A stretch of DNA of 60,594 nt, the filler included, from Sphingomonadaceae bacterium (GTDB taxonomy: Bacteria > Chloroflexota > UBA6077): NCBI GenBank assembly GCA_050261575.1. It is 4 parts of 4 records of this genome, joined end to end, with 100 filler letters (N's around TTAATTAATTAA, not from the genome) between each part and the next. Parts side by side here need not be neighbours in the genome. Positions count along the whole stretch, not along the records: positions 35,840 to 56,453 come from JBLNDL010000082.1; 3 more parts are not named here. The stretch is one strand, 5' to 3'. Position 1 is the stretch's first letter. Every line of letters begins with the position of its first letter. The position numbers and the translations under genes were made by a program. Shown here in pieces: positions 40,242 through 50,354 of this stretch. The notes under the pieces were generated by a model. It was not told where the DNA came from. It saw only the letters and a program-made list of their open reading frames with translations, and did no database searches.

Positions 40242-40961
40242 ATGCCGCAGACGGCTTCCATTGGTCCTGTGGTGCGAGATCGGTTGTACGAGCAGGTTGC
40301 CCAGCAGATTCAGCAGTTGATCGTCGATCAGGGGTGGCCGACGGGCAGCAGGATCCCAACAGAGCGGGAGTTGGGGGAACAGTTTGGGGTCAGCCGCACC
40401 GTCATTCGGGAGGCCCTGAAGGCCCTGGCCGAGCGGGGGCTGGTCACCATCAGCCCCGGGCGAGGGACCTTCGTGGCCGATCCGGGAATCTGCGCTCTCA
40501 AGGAGCCGATGAAGCTGTTCTTCCAGCGGCACAACATCTCCGATTGGGACCTGGTGGAGGCGAGGCGGGTGCTGGAGGTCGGGATCGCGGCGCTAGCTGC
40601 CGAGAGGGTGCTTCCGGAGCAGATCGAACAGCTTCGTGCCGCCGTGGCGGAGATGGATGAGTCCATGGAGGACATGGAGCGGTACACCCGAGCCGATCAG
40701 CGTTTCCATCTGGTGCTGGCCGAGGCGACGCAGAACATGATGTTCCCCATGCTCATCGAGAGCATGGCTGAACTGCTCAGGGAGAGCAGGAAGCTGATCT
40801 TCAAGGTGAAGGGGTCCCCGGCTCGCGGTCAACGCTACCATCGTGCCATCGTGGATGCGCTGGAGAGGCGGGATGCGGCTGCGGCTCGAAAGACCATGAA
40901 GGAGCACTTGGATCAGGTAGACACGGACGTCCACGCGATGTGGGCAAACGGGCGCCGGTAG
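40242..40961 (+). CDS. FadR/GntR family transcriptional regulator
   Basis: wHTH 'PTERELGEQFGVSRTVIREAL'; FCD domain 'ADQRFH'. Confidence 0.95.
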   Translation: MPQTASIGPVVRDRLYEQVAQQIQQLIVDQGWPTGSRIPTERELGEQFGVSRTVIREALKALAERGLVTISPGRGTFVADPGICALKEPMKLFFQRHNISDWDLVEARRVLEVGIAALAAERVLPEQIEQLRAAVAEMDESMEDMERYTRADQRFHLVLAEATQNMMFPMLIESMAELLRESRKLIFKVKGSPARGQRYHRAIVDALERRDAAAARKTMKEHLDQVDTDVHAMWANGRR

Positions 40962-41049
40962 GGGCTATGCCTCTTCGACGGTAGGGGAGGGAGTGCTCGA
41001 AGTGCCTCGCCCTCTGGGGGAGGGGCAACTACAGTAGCGAGGAGGGCCT

Positions 41050-42015
41050 GTGGACAAGGAGTTCTTACTCGAGCTGTATCGAAGGATGGTGCGCATCCGC
41101 AAGTTTGAGGAGGGGATCGTACAGGTTTACCTGCGAGGCCTGATGCCGGGACTTGCCCATAGCTATGCCGGGGAAGAGGCCGTGGCCGTGGGGGTCTGCG
41201 CGGCGCTGCGCACCGACGACTACATCGTGAGCACCCATAGGGGCCACGGCCACCTGATCGCCAAAGGCGGGAAGACGGACCGGATGATGGCCGAGGTGCT
41301 GGGCAAGGAGCCGGGCTACAACCGCGGCAGGGGCGGCACCATGCACATTGCCGACCTCTCGCTGGGCATCCTGGGGGCCAACGGCATCGTGGGTGGCGGT
41401 TTGGGGATCGCAGCCGGTGCGGGCTGGTCCAGCAAGCAGTTGGGCAACGGGCGGGTATGCGTCGCCTTCTTCGGCGACGGGGCATCCAACCAGGGCGTCT
41501 TGATGGAATCGATGAACCTTGCCTCCATCTGGAAGCTGCCGGTGATCTACGTCTGCGAGAACAACCTGTACGGCCAGTTCACCGCCAAGAGCAGGGTCGC
41601 CGCTGGTGAGAGGCTGGGGGCCCGAGCCGAGGCGCTGGGGCTTCGGGCTACCGAGGGGTACGGCCAGGACGTGCTCTCGGTCCACGACACCATGGTGGAA
41701 GTCGTGGAGCGGGTGCGCAGCGGCGGAGGCCCGGAGTTCGTGGAGTTCAAGACTTATCGGTACGGTGGCCACCACGTGGGCGACCCCGGCAAGGCGTACC
41801 GGCCGGCCGAGGAGATCGAGGACTGGAAGAACAATCGGGACCCGCTGAAGCTGTTCGCGGACAAGCTGGTCGGGGACCGGATCTGCACGCGCGAGGAGGT
41901 CGAGGCGGTCGACGCGGAGATACAGAAGGAGATCGACGACGCCATCGAGTTCGCCAAGGCTGCCCCATTCCCGAAAGTGAGCGAGGTGTCTCTCTATGTC
42001 TACCCAGAATCGTGA
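41050..42015 (+). CDS. TPP-dependent 2-oxoacid/acetoin dehydrogenase E1 alpha
   Basis: 'STHRGHGH', GDG...ENN TPP motif, 'TYRYGGHH'. Confidence 0.93.
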   Translation: MDKEFLLELYRRMVRIRKFEEGIVQVYLRGLMPGLAHSYAGEEAVAVGVCAALRTDDYIVSTHRGHGHLIAKGGKTDRMMAEVLGKEPGYNRGRGGTMHIADLSLGILGANGIVGGGLGIAAGAGWSSKQLGNGRVCVAFFGDGASNQGVLMESMNLASIWKLPVIYVCENNLYGQFTAKSRVAAGERLGARAEALGLRATEGYGQDVLSVHDTMVEVVERVRSGGGPEFVEFKTYRYGGHHVGDPGKAYRPAEEIEDWKNNRDPLKLFADKLVGDRICTREEVEAVDAEIQKEIDDAIEFAKAAPFPKVSEVSLYVYPES

Positions 42016-42991
42016 ACTCACCTATGCTGAGGCCCTCCGGGAAGCCCTTGCCGAGGAGATGAGGCGCGATCCCACCGTCTTCGTGATGGGGGAGGAAGTG
42101 GGAGCAGCCGGGGGCACCTTCAAGTCCTTCGAAGGGCTGTACGAGCAGTTCGGCCCGAACCGGGTGGTGGACACCCCCATCGCCGAGGAGGGCTACGTCG
42201 GCCTTGGGGTGGGGGCCGCGATGACCGGCATGCGCCCAGTGATCGACGTGATGTTCGGCGATTTCGTCACGATGGCGATGGATCCCATCGTGAACCAGGC
42301 GGCAAAGCTGTACTACATGACCGGCGGGCAGGTTCCGGTGCCGATGGTGCTGCACACCACGCTGGGGGCGGGCCGGCGCTCCGCGGCGCAGCACTCCCAG
42401 AGCCTCCACGCCTGGTTCGCCCACATCCCCGGCCTTCGGGTGGTGGTGCCCTCGACCCCCCACGACGTGAAGGGGCTGATGAAGAGCGCCATCCGCTACG
42501 ACGGGCCGGTCATCTTCTTCGACGACAAGATGATGTACAAGGTGAAGGGGCCGGTTCCGGAGGAGGAGTACCTGATCCCCCTGGGCTCGGCGGACGTCAA
42601 ACGGGAGGGGACCGACCTCACGGTGGTGGCGACCTCCAGCATGGTGTTCGTGGCGCTGGAGGCGGCGGAACTGCTGGCGAAGGAGGGGATCAGCCTGGAG
42701 GTGGTGGATCCCCGGACGGTGAGCCCTCTGGACACCGAGACCATCCTGGCCTCGGTGCGGAAGACCCACCGGGCTCTCGTGCTGGACGAGGGCCATCGCT
42801 CGTTCGGGGCCTCCGCCGAGATCGCCGCGGAGATCGCCGAGAAGGCTTTCGACTACCTCGATGCTCCGGTGAAGCGATACGCCGCCATGGACGTGCCGGT
42901 GCCCTTCAGCCCAGCCCTGGAGGACGTTACCATCCCCAACACCCAAGGCGTGGTGGAGTTGGTGCGCGAGCTGATGGAAGGAGCCCGGTAA
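41996..42991 (+). CDS. 2-oxoacid/acetoin dehydrogenase E1 beta
   Basis: 'DTPIAE', 'AAQHSQS', 'LDAPVKR'. Confidence 0.93.
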   Translation: MSTQNRELTYAEALREALAEEMRRDPTVFVMGEEVGAAGGTFKSFEGLYEQFGPNRVVDTPIAEEGYVGLGVGAAMTGMRPVIDVMFGDFVTMAMDPIVNQAAKLYYMTGGQVPVPMVLHTTLGAGRRSAAQHSQSLHAWFAHIPGLRVVVPSTPHDVKGLMKSAIRYDGPVIFFDDKMMYKVKGPVPEEEYLIPLGSADVKREGTDLTVVATSSMVFVALEAAELLAKEGISLEVVDPRTVSPLDTETILASVRKTHRALVLDEGHRSFGASAEIAAEIAEKAFDYLDAPVKRYAAMDVPVPFSPALEDVTIPNTQGVVELVRELMEGAR

Positions 42992-42992
42992 C

Positions 42993-44363
42993 ATGCCCAG
43001 CGAGATCTTCATGCCTCAGCTCGGTCTGACCATGACCGAGGGCACCATAGTGAAGTGGCTGAAGAAGGTGGGCGATCCCGTGGCCAAGGGAGAGCCGATC
43101 TTCGAGGTGGAGACCGACAAGGTGGTCCAGGAAGTGGTCTCTCTGGAGGAGGGGACCCTGGCGCGGATCCTGGTGGGCGACGGGGGCGTGGTTCCCGTGG
43201 GAAAGACCGTGGCCTACCTGGCGGCGCCTGGCGAGAGCCTCGCCGAGGTGGGGGGCAACGGGAACGGGGAGACGCCGAGACTCGGCGACGCGGAGACGCG
43301 AGGATCACCTCTCCCTCTGGGAGAGGCGTGGACCGGCCAGAGCGCGGACATGCCCCAGGGCGTATCCACGGGTCCGCGGGGTGAGGGCAGCAGTGCCCGA
43401 GGCTTGGCCCTCGGTCCTCAGTCCTCGGTTCTCAGTCCAGAGGGCTGGGTGCGCGCCTCCCCCGCCGCCAAGAGGCTGGCGGAGAAGCTGGGGATCGACT
43501 ACCGGAGCCTGAAGGGTAGCGGCCCCGGCGGGCGGATCGTGGAGGCCGACGTCCGCCGCGCGGCCGAAGCCAAGTCCGCCGCTCCGGTGGCTCCCGCGGT
43601 CGCACCACAGGGGTTTGCTGCTCCGGCTGCTCCCGCGCCCCCGCGTCCTCCCGTCTCCGCGTCCCCAGTTGGCGAGCGGGTCGAGCTGAAGGGTGTGCGG
43701 AAGGTGGTAGCCGAGAGGATGGCGCTCAGCTTCTCCACGGCGCCACACTTCTACCTGACGGTGGAGGTGGACGCGGGCAACCTGGTGGCCTTCCACAGGC
43801 AGGTGGTGCCGGTTATCGAGAAGCGTTACGGTGTCAAGCCCACGATCACCGATATCCTGATCAAGGCTACGGCGGTGTCCTTGAGGGAGCACCCCGAGGT
43901 GAACGCGTCTTGGGCCGATGGGGCGATCCGGCGCAACGGCGACGTCAACCTAGGGGTGGCGGCCTCGATGCCGGAGGGGCTGATCGTTCCGGTTATCCCC
44001 AACGCCGACAGGCTGGGGCTAGGGGAGATAGCCCGGAAGCGGAAGGACCTGGTGGAGCGGGCGAGGGCCGGGCGGCTGACGCTGTCCGACCTGGAGGGGG
44101 GGACGTTTACCCTCTCCAACCTCGGGATGTTCGGGATCGATCAGTTTCAGGCGATAGTGAACCCGCCGCAGGCGGGGATCCTGGCCGTGGGCCGGATCAA
44201 GGACCGGGTGGTGCCGGTGGACGGACAGGTGGGGGTGAAGCCCACCATGTTCCTCACGCTCTCGGTGGACCATCGGGTGCTGGACGGTGCCGATGGGGCC
44301 AGGTTCCTGGCGCGGATCGTCGAGCTGCTGGAGCAGCCGATGGAACTGGTGCTGGGGGAGTAG
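42993..44363 (+). CDS. Dihydrolipoamide acyltransferase E2
   Basis: Lipoyl 'ETDKV', E3-binding 'GSGPGGRI', catalytic 'DHRVLDG'. Confidence 0.95.
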   Translation: MPSEIFMPQLGLTMTEGTIVKWLKKVGDPVAKGEPIFEVETDKVVQEVVSLEEGTLARILVGDGGVVPVGKTVAYLAAPGESLAEVGGNGNGETPRLGDAETRGSPLPLGEAWTGQSADMPQGVSTGPRGEGSSARGLALGPQSSVLSPEGWVRASPAAKRLAEKLGIDYRSLKGSGPGGRIVEADVRRAAEAKSAAPVAPAVAPQGFAAPAAPAPPRPPVSASPVGERVELKGVRKVVAERMALSFSTAPHFYLTVEVDAGNLVAFHRQVVPVIEKRYGVKPTITDILIKATAVSLREHPEVNASWADGAIRRNGDVNLGVAASMPEGLIVPVIPNADRLGLGEIARKRKDLVERARAGRLTLSDLEGGTFTLSNLGMFGIDQFQAIVNPPQAGILAVGRIKDRVVPVDGQVGVKPTMFLTLSVDHRVLDGADGARFLARIVELLEQPMELVLGE

Positions 44364-44366
44364 GCG

Positions 44367-44882
44367 GTGGTGATCGACGAGCGCATAGAGAAGGCTTACC
44401 GGCTCGGCTCGGAATACGAGCGGGTCTACAGGGGCTGCGGCCAATGCATCACGGCGGCGCTGCAGGAGACGTTCGACGTGCCCGACCCGGCGGTGTTCAA
44501 GGCCGCTTCGGCCTTTGCGGGCGGGGTCGGGCTGACGGGAGACGGCTGCTGCGGGGCCTACCTTGGCGCGGCCATGGTCATCAGCTCCCTGCGGGGAAGG
44601 GTGCGGGAGGACTTCGCGGACGCCGGTGGGGCCAGGAGGGAGTCGTTCCGGCTCGTTCAGCGGCTGCGAGAGGGGTTCATCCGGGAGTATGGCTCCGTGA
44701 TTTGCCGCGACATTCACACGAAGATCCTCGGCCGGCCCTACTACCTCGCGGATCCGGATGAGATGGCCAAGTTCGACGCTGCCGGAGGACACGGGGAGAG
44801 GTGCCCGGAGGTGGTGGGCAAGGCAGCTCGATGGGCGGCCGAGATCATCCTGGAGGAGGGGTTGCTGGAGGGCCGGCGGTAG
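44367..44882 (+). CDS. C-GCAxxG-C-C family putative redox protein
   Basis: 'GCGQC', 'FAGGVG..GDGCCGAYLG', 'GSVICRDI', 'RCPEVV'. Confidence 0.85.
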   Translation: MVIDERIEKAYRLGSEYERVYRGCGQCITAALQETFDVPDPAVFKAASAFAGGVGLTGDGCCGAYLGAAMVISSLRGRVREDFADAGGARRESFRLVQRLREGFIREYGSVICRDIHTKILGRPYYLADPDEMAKFDAAGGHGERCPEVVGKAARWAAEIILEEGLLEGRR

Positions 44883-44950
44883 CCGCTACGACCCTAGTGT
44901 AGGGCGGGGGGCTTCTCCCCCGCCGCCCGCTCCCCGCCGTGGGGCGGGGG

Positions 44951-45040
44951 CTCGTGACGCGAGCGAGCGCAGCCTCACGTGCCCGCTCGCGTCACGCTGT
45001 GTGTGCGCCCTCGCGCGCGGACACGCAGGTCCGCATCCAC
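44951..45040 (+). repeat. REP/MITE-like dispersed repeat, copy 3
   Basis: ctcgtga...cctcacgtgcccgctcgcgtcacgc...gcggacacgcaggtcc, homologous to 7573-7680. Confidence 0.7.
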
Positions 45041-45168
45041 CTCGGCCCGGGACTCTGCCCGGAATCGTGCGGCGCATCCCGCGCTGGCGGAGCGTGACCG
45101 ATGCGGCTGCGTGTGTTATCCTCTTCTCTGTATCTCCGGTCGTTTACCTCTTATCCGAGGAGGACCTC

Positions 45169-48030
45169 ATGCCCGAGGGCCAGTCCATAAGGCGCCAGAT
45201 AGTCCTGATCGGGATAATCGCTTCTCTCTTCCTGATCGTGGAGGTGGCCGGCGGGGCCGTCGGCCTGTACACCGATTGGCTCTGGTTCAGCAGCCTGGGC
45301 TTCCAGAGCATCTTCGTGACCGTGCTGCAGGCGAAGGTGCTGGCCTTCGTTGCCGGGGCCGCAGCCTTCCTCCTTCCCGCACTGGTGAGCGTGAGCGTGG
45401 CCAGGGCCATAATGGCCAAGCACCACACCGTCTCCATCCGGGAGGATGGAGGTATTGCCTACATCGTGCAGTTGGGGCAGGACGTGCCCAGGCGGATAGT
45501 CGCCATCGGGGCGTCGCTCCTCGCCGTCGTCGCGAGCGTCGCGATGGGGATGTCCGCCGCCTCCCAGTGGGAGACGGCGCTCAAGTTCCTGAACTCCAGG
45601 CCCTTCGGCTACTCGGATCCGCTCTTCAACCAGGACGTGGGATTCTACTTCTTCAACCTCCCGTTCTTCCGCTTCCTGCAGGGGTGGGCCTTCTCCTCCC
45701 TGGTGGTGATCCTCTTCCTCACCGCGGCCGTGTACATGGTGAGCCTCTACGAGGGGCGGATCGGGCTCGACCCCGGCGTCTTCTCGGCGAACCGGGGGGC
45801 CAAGCTGCACCTCATGCTGTTGGCGGCACTGCTCGCCCTGGTGATAGCCGCGGCCCATCGCCTGCAGATCTACGACCTGGTCCTCTCGGGTCGTGGGATA
45901 ACCTTCGGTGCCGGATATGCCGACGTCACGGCCCGGCAGATGGCCCTCTGGATGATGCTCGGCATCATGGTGATCACGGCGGCCCTCTTCGTGGCGAGCG
46001 CCTTCCGGCGGGGCTTCGCCCTGCCGCTGTGGGGCGTGGGGCTGTGGCTTGGTGCGGCGGTCCTGCTGGGCAACGTCTATCCCATGGTGGTGCAGAAGCT
46101 CCAGGTGGAGCCCAGCGAGCTGGAGAAGGAGAGGCCCTACATCGAGGCGGCCATCAAGATGACGCGCCAGGCGTTCGGTCTCGACAGCATCCAGGAGCAG
46201 GACTTCAAGGCCGAGGACAGCGTGACCCTCGAGGAGATCATCGCAAACCCCGATACCGTCACCAACATCCGGTTGTGGGACCACCGTCCCCTCAGGGAAA
46301 CCTACAACCAGATTCAGGCCATACGGCTCTACTACGACTTCCACGACGTGGATATCGACCGCTACACCATCGACGGGCGGTACAGGCAGGTGATGCTGTC
46401 GGCTCGGGAGCTTTCTCCGGACAAGCTGGCCTCGCAGGCGCAGACCTGGGTGACCCGGCGGCTGCAGTTCACCCACGGTTACGGCTTCGCGATGAGCCCG
46501 GTGAACGAGATCATCGGCGAGGGGCTGCCGAACCTGTTGGTGAAGGACCTCCCGCCCCAAGGCGTCATCAAGCTGGACAAGCCCCAGATTTACTACGGCG
46601 AGGTAACCTCGGGCTACGTGATAGTGAAGACCACGGCCGAGGAGTTCGACTACGCCAAGGGTGACGAGAACGTCTACGGCAGCTACGAGGGGGAAGGCGG
46701 CGTCCAACTGGACAGCTTCTTCAAGCGGCTCGCCTACGCCTTGTACTTCCGGGATGGAAACATCCTCTTCACCGGCTACCTGACGCCGGAGAGCCGTGTG
46801 CTCTACTTCAGAGGGATCCAGGAGCGGGTGCGGAAGGTGGCGCCATTCCTGATGCTGGACAACGACCCGTACTTGGTGGCGGCCGACGGCCAGCTCTTCT
46901 GGATCCAGGACGCCTACACCTACGGGAACGACTACCCCTACGCGGCACGCTATCAGGAGCGGGTGGTGGTAGAGGCCGCGGCGAGGCCTGGGGCTCAGCC
47001 GACGCAGCAGGTGCGGGTGGGCAGGGAGTTCAACTACATCCGCAACAGCGTCAAGGTGGTGATCAGCGCCTACGACGGCTCCATGCGCTTCTACCTGGCC
47101 GATCAGAACGATCCACTGGCGGCGTCCTATGCCTCCATCTTCCCCGCGCTCTTCACGCCGATGGAGGAGATGCCGGAGTCTCTCAGGGCGCATGTCCGCT
47201 ATCCGGAGGACCTCTTCAAGGCCCAGGCCGAGATTTACCGCACCTTCCACATGCAGGACCCGCAGGTGTTCTACAACCGCGAGGACCTGTGGAGCATCCC
47301 CAGCGAGCTGTTCGGGGATAACCGCCAGCCGGTGGAGCCCTACTATCTGATAATGAAGCTGCCTGGCGAGCCGAAGGAGGAGTTCCTCCAACTCCTGCCG
47401 TTCTCGCCGTCCAACAAGGACAATATGATCGCCTGGCTGGCTGCCCGCTCCGACGGGGCAAACTACGGCAAGCTGATCGTCTACAAGTACCCCAAGGACA
47501 AGCTGATCTACGGGCCCATGCAGCTCGAGGGTCGGATCAACCAGGATCCGACCATCTCCGCCCAGTTCACGCTATGGGGCCAGCGTGGCTCCCAGGTGAC
47601 TCGAGGGAATCTGCTGGTGGTTCCGGTGGGCCAGGCCAACCTCTACGTCGAGCCGGTCTATCTGCAGGCGGAGAGGGGTTCCATCCCCGAGTTGAAGCGG
47701 GTGATCGCCTCCACGGGCAACCGGGTGGTGATGGAGCCGACGCTTGGGGAGGCGCTGAACAAGCTGTACGACGGCAAGCTGGCGTTGTTGCCTTCCGGCC
47801 AGCTTGCCCAGGCGGCGGCCACGCCTGGCCAGGCGGCTGCTCCGGCTCAGCAGTCGGGCGCGCCTGCCTCGCCCTCGACGCCTGCGCTCAACTTGGCGGA
47901 GTTGATCAAGTCTGCTCAGGACCACTACAGCCGCGCGCAGGAGAGGCTGAGGGCCGGGGACTGGGCGGGGTTCGGCGAGGAGCTGAAGATGCTGGAGGAG
48001 GACCTGAAGGCCCTCGGCCAGGGCGGGTAG
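45169..48030 (+). CDS. UPF0182 family membrane protein
   Basis: 'YTDWLWF', 'DPLFNQDVGFY', 'NIRLWD', 'THGYG', 'NYIRNSVK'; ATG after gaggagg. Confidence 0.93.
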   Translation: MPEGQSIRRQIVLIGIIASLFLIVEVAGGAVGLYTDWLWFSSLGFQSIFVTVLQAKVLAFVAGAAAFLLPALVSVSVARAIMAKHHTVSIREDGGIAYIVQLGQDVPRRIVAIGASLLAVVASVAMGMSAASQWETALKFLNSRPFGYSDPLFNQDVGFYFFNLPFFRFLQGWAFSSLVVILFLTAAVYMVSLYEGRIGLDPGVFSANRGAKLHLMLLAALLALVIAAAHRLQIYDLVLSGRGITFGAGYADVTARQMALWMMLGIMVITAALFVASAFRRGFALPLWGVGLWLGAAVLLGNVYPMVVQKLQVEPSELEKERPYIEAAIKMTRQAFGLDSIQEQDFKAEDSVTLEEIIANPDTVTNIRLWDHRPLRETYNQIQAIRLYYDFHDVDIDRYTIDGRYRQVMLSARELSPDKLASQAQTWVTRRLQFTHGYGFAMSPVNEIIGEGLPNLLVKDLPPQGVIKLDKPQIYYGEVTSGYVIVKTTAEEFDYAKGDENVYGSYEGEGGVQLDSFFKRLAYALYFRDGNILFTGYLTPESRVLYFRGIQERVRKVAPFLMLDNDPYLVAADGQLFWIQDAYTYGNDYPYAARYQERVVVEAAARPGAQPTQQVRVGREFNYIRNSVKVVISAYDGSMRFYLADQNDPLAASYASIFPALFTPMEEMPESLRAHVRYPEDLFKAQAEIYRTFHMQDPQVFYNREDLWSIPSELFGDNRQPVEPYYLIMKLPGEPKEEFLQLLPFSPSNKDNMIAWLAARSDGANYGKLIVYKYPKDKLIYGPMQLEGRINQDPTISAQFTLWGQRGSQVTRGNLLVVPVGQANLYVEPVYLQAERGSIPELKRVIASTGNRVVMEPTLGEALNKLYDGKLALLPSGQLAQAAATPGQAAAPAQQSGAPASPSTPALNLAELIKSAQDHYSRAQERLRAGDWAGFGEELKMLEEDLKALGQGG

Positions 48031-48340
48031 GGGACGCAGCCTCCAGCGGCAGACGAGAAGGGGGGCCGCGTGGCGCCCCTTCTTCGTCGCACGTCGCAAC
48101 GTGGTTGTTGCCTGCGGCACCTGGTTGATGCTATAATCCCGCCATTCGATCCTGTTTTCGTTCCCTCGTAACCACCCACCTCGGGTGGATTCTGTATTCC
48201 TCTGCTTCGACCCTGTAGGGGACGTGCCGGCCGTGGGCCGCGCGACGGCATTCAGCGGATGCTGCTGTTCCTGCGGCTGTCGGGGCTCACTATGGATGGA
48301 GGTGGCTGTCATTCGCAGCCGTGGGATAGACGGAGTCACC

Positions 48341-49819
48341 ATGCTAGGGAGGTCCATGGCGCGATCGCTGCGCGGCATGGCTGCCCGTCTCTCGAAGGGT
48401 CGCCTGGGCTTGCATCTCACGATGTTCGCGGTGGTCGGGGCCTCGGCCTTGGCTGCCAACGACCAACCCCTGGCCGGCCAGAAGGGAGGGGTCCAGCAGC
48501 CGCTAATTGGCTTCCTCGCTGTCGCCTCCGCGCCCGCTGCGCCTGAGGCTTTGGTGCCTTTCCCCCTCGCAGTCGACTCGGCCGCTCTGGCTTCCGGCAC
48601 TGGTTCGTCGGGGCTGTCCACCTTCGGTCGGACGCCGACGTCCGCCCATTCGGACACCGAACCCTCGAGGGATGCACTGCTGGCGCAGATCCATCTGCGC
48701 CGCGATCTCGCCAAGAATGGACAGGAGGAAGGGGTCGTGGTGGCGCGGGCCGTGGCTTCGAGCCGTGGCGGTGCGCGAGCCCCGGAACCCTCGCCGACGC
48801 CCGGCGCCAGCCCCACCCCAACCCCAACCCCGAGAAGGGAAGCGGCGAAGCCCTTTACCTACAAGGTGGTGGCGGGTGACACCCTTCTGGGCATCGCCTT
48901 CCGCTTCGGTATCACCCCGGAGACCATCCTTTGGGCCAACGATCTGGGCAACGGTGAGATGCTGCAGATCGGCGACGAGTTGACCATCCTGCCGATATCG
49001 GGTGTGCTGCACAAGGTGAAAAAGGGGGAGACCGTTGCCGATATCGCGGAGGCCTATGGCGCTGAGGAGGCGAGGGTGATCGAGATGAATGGGCTGTCCG
49101 ACGTCCAAGCCCTGGCCGAGGGACAGCTCTTGATCATCCCGGGTGGAATGCTCCGGACCACGGAGCCGATCACCGGATTGCCCAGCGCCCCGAGCCAGCA
49201 GGAACTGGCCAGAGCCCCCAAGTACGTGGTCAAGGACGGGGATACCCTTCTCTCCATTGCCGACGCCTTCGGGGTGAGGGCCTCCGTCATCCAGGTGGCC
49301 AACGGTCTGCTGGACCCCGACAAGCTGAAGATCGGCCAGGAGTTGGCGATACCAGGAGGCAAGGTCCCGTCGGCCGCGCCCGCCCCTAGGCCCGCCCCTG
49401 CGCCGGCACCCGAGCCGCCTGCCCCTCCTGTCCCTGCGGGTGGAGGCGGCGATCGGATCGCGGCCATCTCGCAGAAGTACCTGGGCTACCGCTACGTGTG
49501 GGGTGGGACCTCGCCCGCCAGCGGCTTCGACTGCAGCGGCTTCGTCTGGTATGTCTACAAGGAGGCCGGGATCTCCATCCCGCGAGCCCCGCTGAGCGGC
49601 CAACTCAACGCCGGGCCGAGGGTCAGCCGTGACCAGCTACTTCCGGGGGATCTCATCTTCTGGGAGAACACTTACACTACTGGGCTCTCCCACGTGGGCA
49701 TCTACCTGGGAGGCGGGCGCTTCATCAACGCCGAGTCCGAGTCGGTGGGGGTGCAGATCCGGTCCCTGAACGACCCCTTCTGGTCGGCCCGCTTCTACGG
49801 GGCATCGCGTCCCTGGTAG
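48341..49819 (+). CDS. LysM x3 + NlpC/P60 endopeptidase (paralogue of 5328-6995; start uncertain)
   Basis: Same domain order; 'GFDCSGF', 'HVGIYLG'. Confidence 0.9.
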   Translation: MLGRSMARSLRGMAARLSKGRLGLHLTMFAVVGASALAANDQPLAGQKGGVQQPLIGFLAVASAPAAPEALVPFPLAVDSAALASGTGSSGLSTFGRTPTSAHSDTEPSRDALLAQIHLRRDLAKNGQEEGVVVARAVASSRGGARAPEPSPTPGASPTPTPTPRREAAKPFTYKVVAGDTLLGIAFRFGITPETILWANDLGNGEMLQIGDELTILPISGVLHKVKKGETVADIAEAYGAEEARVIEMNGLSDVQALAEGQLLIIPGGMLRTTEPITGLPSAPSQQELARAPKYVVKDGDTLLSIADAFGVRASVIQVANGLLDPDKLKIGQELAIPGGKVPSAAPAPRPAPAPAPEPPAPPVPAGGGGDRIAAISQKYLGYRYVWGGTSPASGFDCSGFVWYVYKEAGISIPRAPLSGQLNAGPRVSRDQLLPGDLIFWENTYTTGLSHVGIYLGGGRFINAESESVGVQIRSLNDPFWSARFYGASRPW

Positions 49820-49846
49820 ACTGAGTGGGGCCCTCTTGCGGCGAAC

Positions 49847-49880
49847 GAGGGGTGCTTCTCGAAAGGGAAGCACCTCTTCC
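49847..49880 (+). terminator. Intrinsic terminator-like hairpin
   Basis: gaggggtgcttctc-gaaa-gggaagcacctctt. Confidence 0.6.
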
Positions 49881-50354
49881 GATTCCCCTTAGCTAACCAC
49901 CATCGCGGCTGTCTGCCTCATCTGGCTGGGCTCCACACCGACGATCGCTGGCGTCTTCTCGGTGCTGCCCGCTGAGTCCTGGGGTTCCTGGTTTCCGCCG
50001 GGAGGGCGCAGGATTCGGCGTGGGGGATAGCCACCCATATCCATCGGGCAAGGGGGTGATGTCGATGCTCCCAGGACTTCTTCGTTCGACACCGAGGTAC
50101 GGGGGCCGAAGATGCTGGCGAGTGGCCTACGTCGTGCTCGCCTGAGTCCGCCGTGCCGCCCCGAAAGTTGGAGCGCGAGGCTCAGGACGAGCTGTCGTGA
50201 GGTGCAGGGATGCGGCTCGACGTGAGGGTCGCCGTCCACGTTGCCGCCCGAGAGCCCCTGCTCCCTGACCGGTCCCTCGTATCGGACGGAGCAGGCCGGG
50301 CTGCGCAGCGTGCGGACCGGGAGGTAGACGCCACGGGGCGACGGGGGCGCCTCT

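Noticed and set aside
49889..50239. Minus-strand 'cgccgaatcctgc...ggaaaccaggaacc' resembling the 5' end of a c-di-AMP (ydaO) riboswitch, and a 116-aa ORF
   Set aside because: The downstream conserved riboswitch elements are missing, there is no gene downstream in that orientation, and the ORF lacks an RBS or recognisable motifs.
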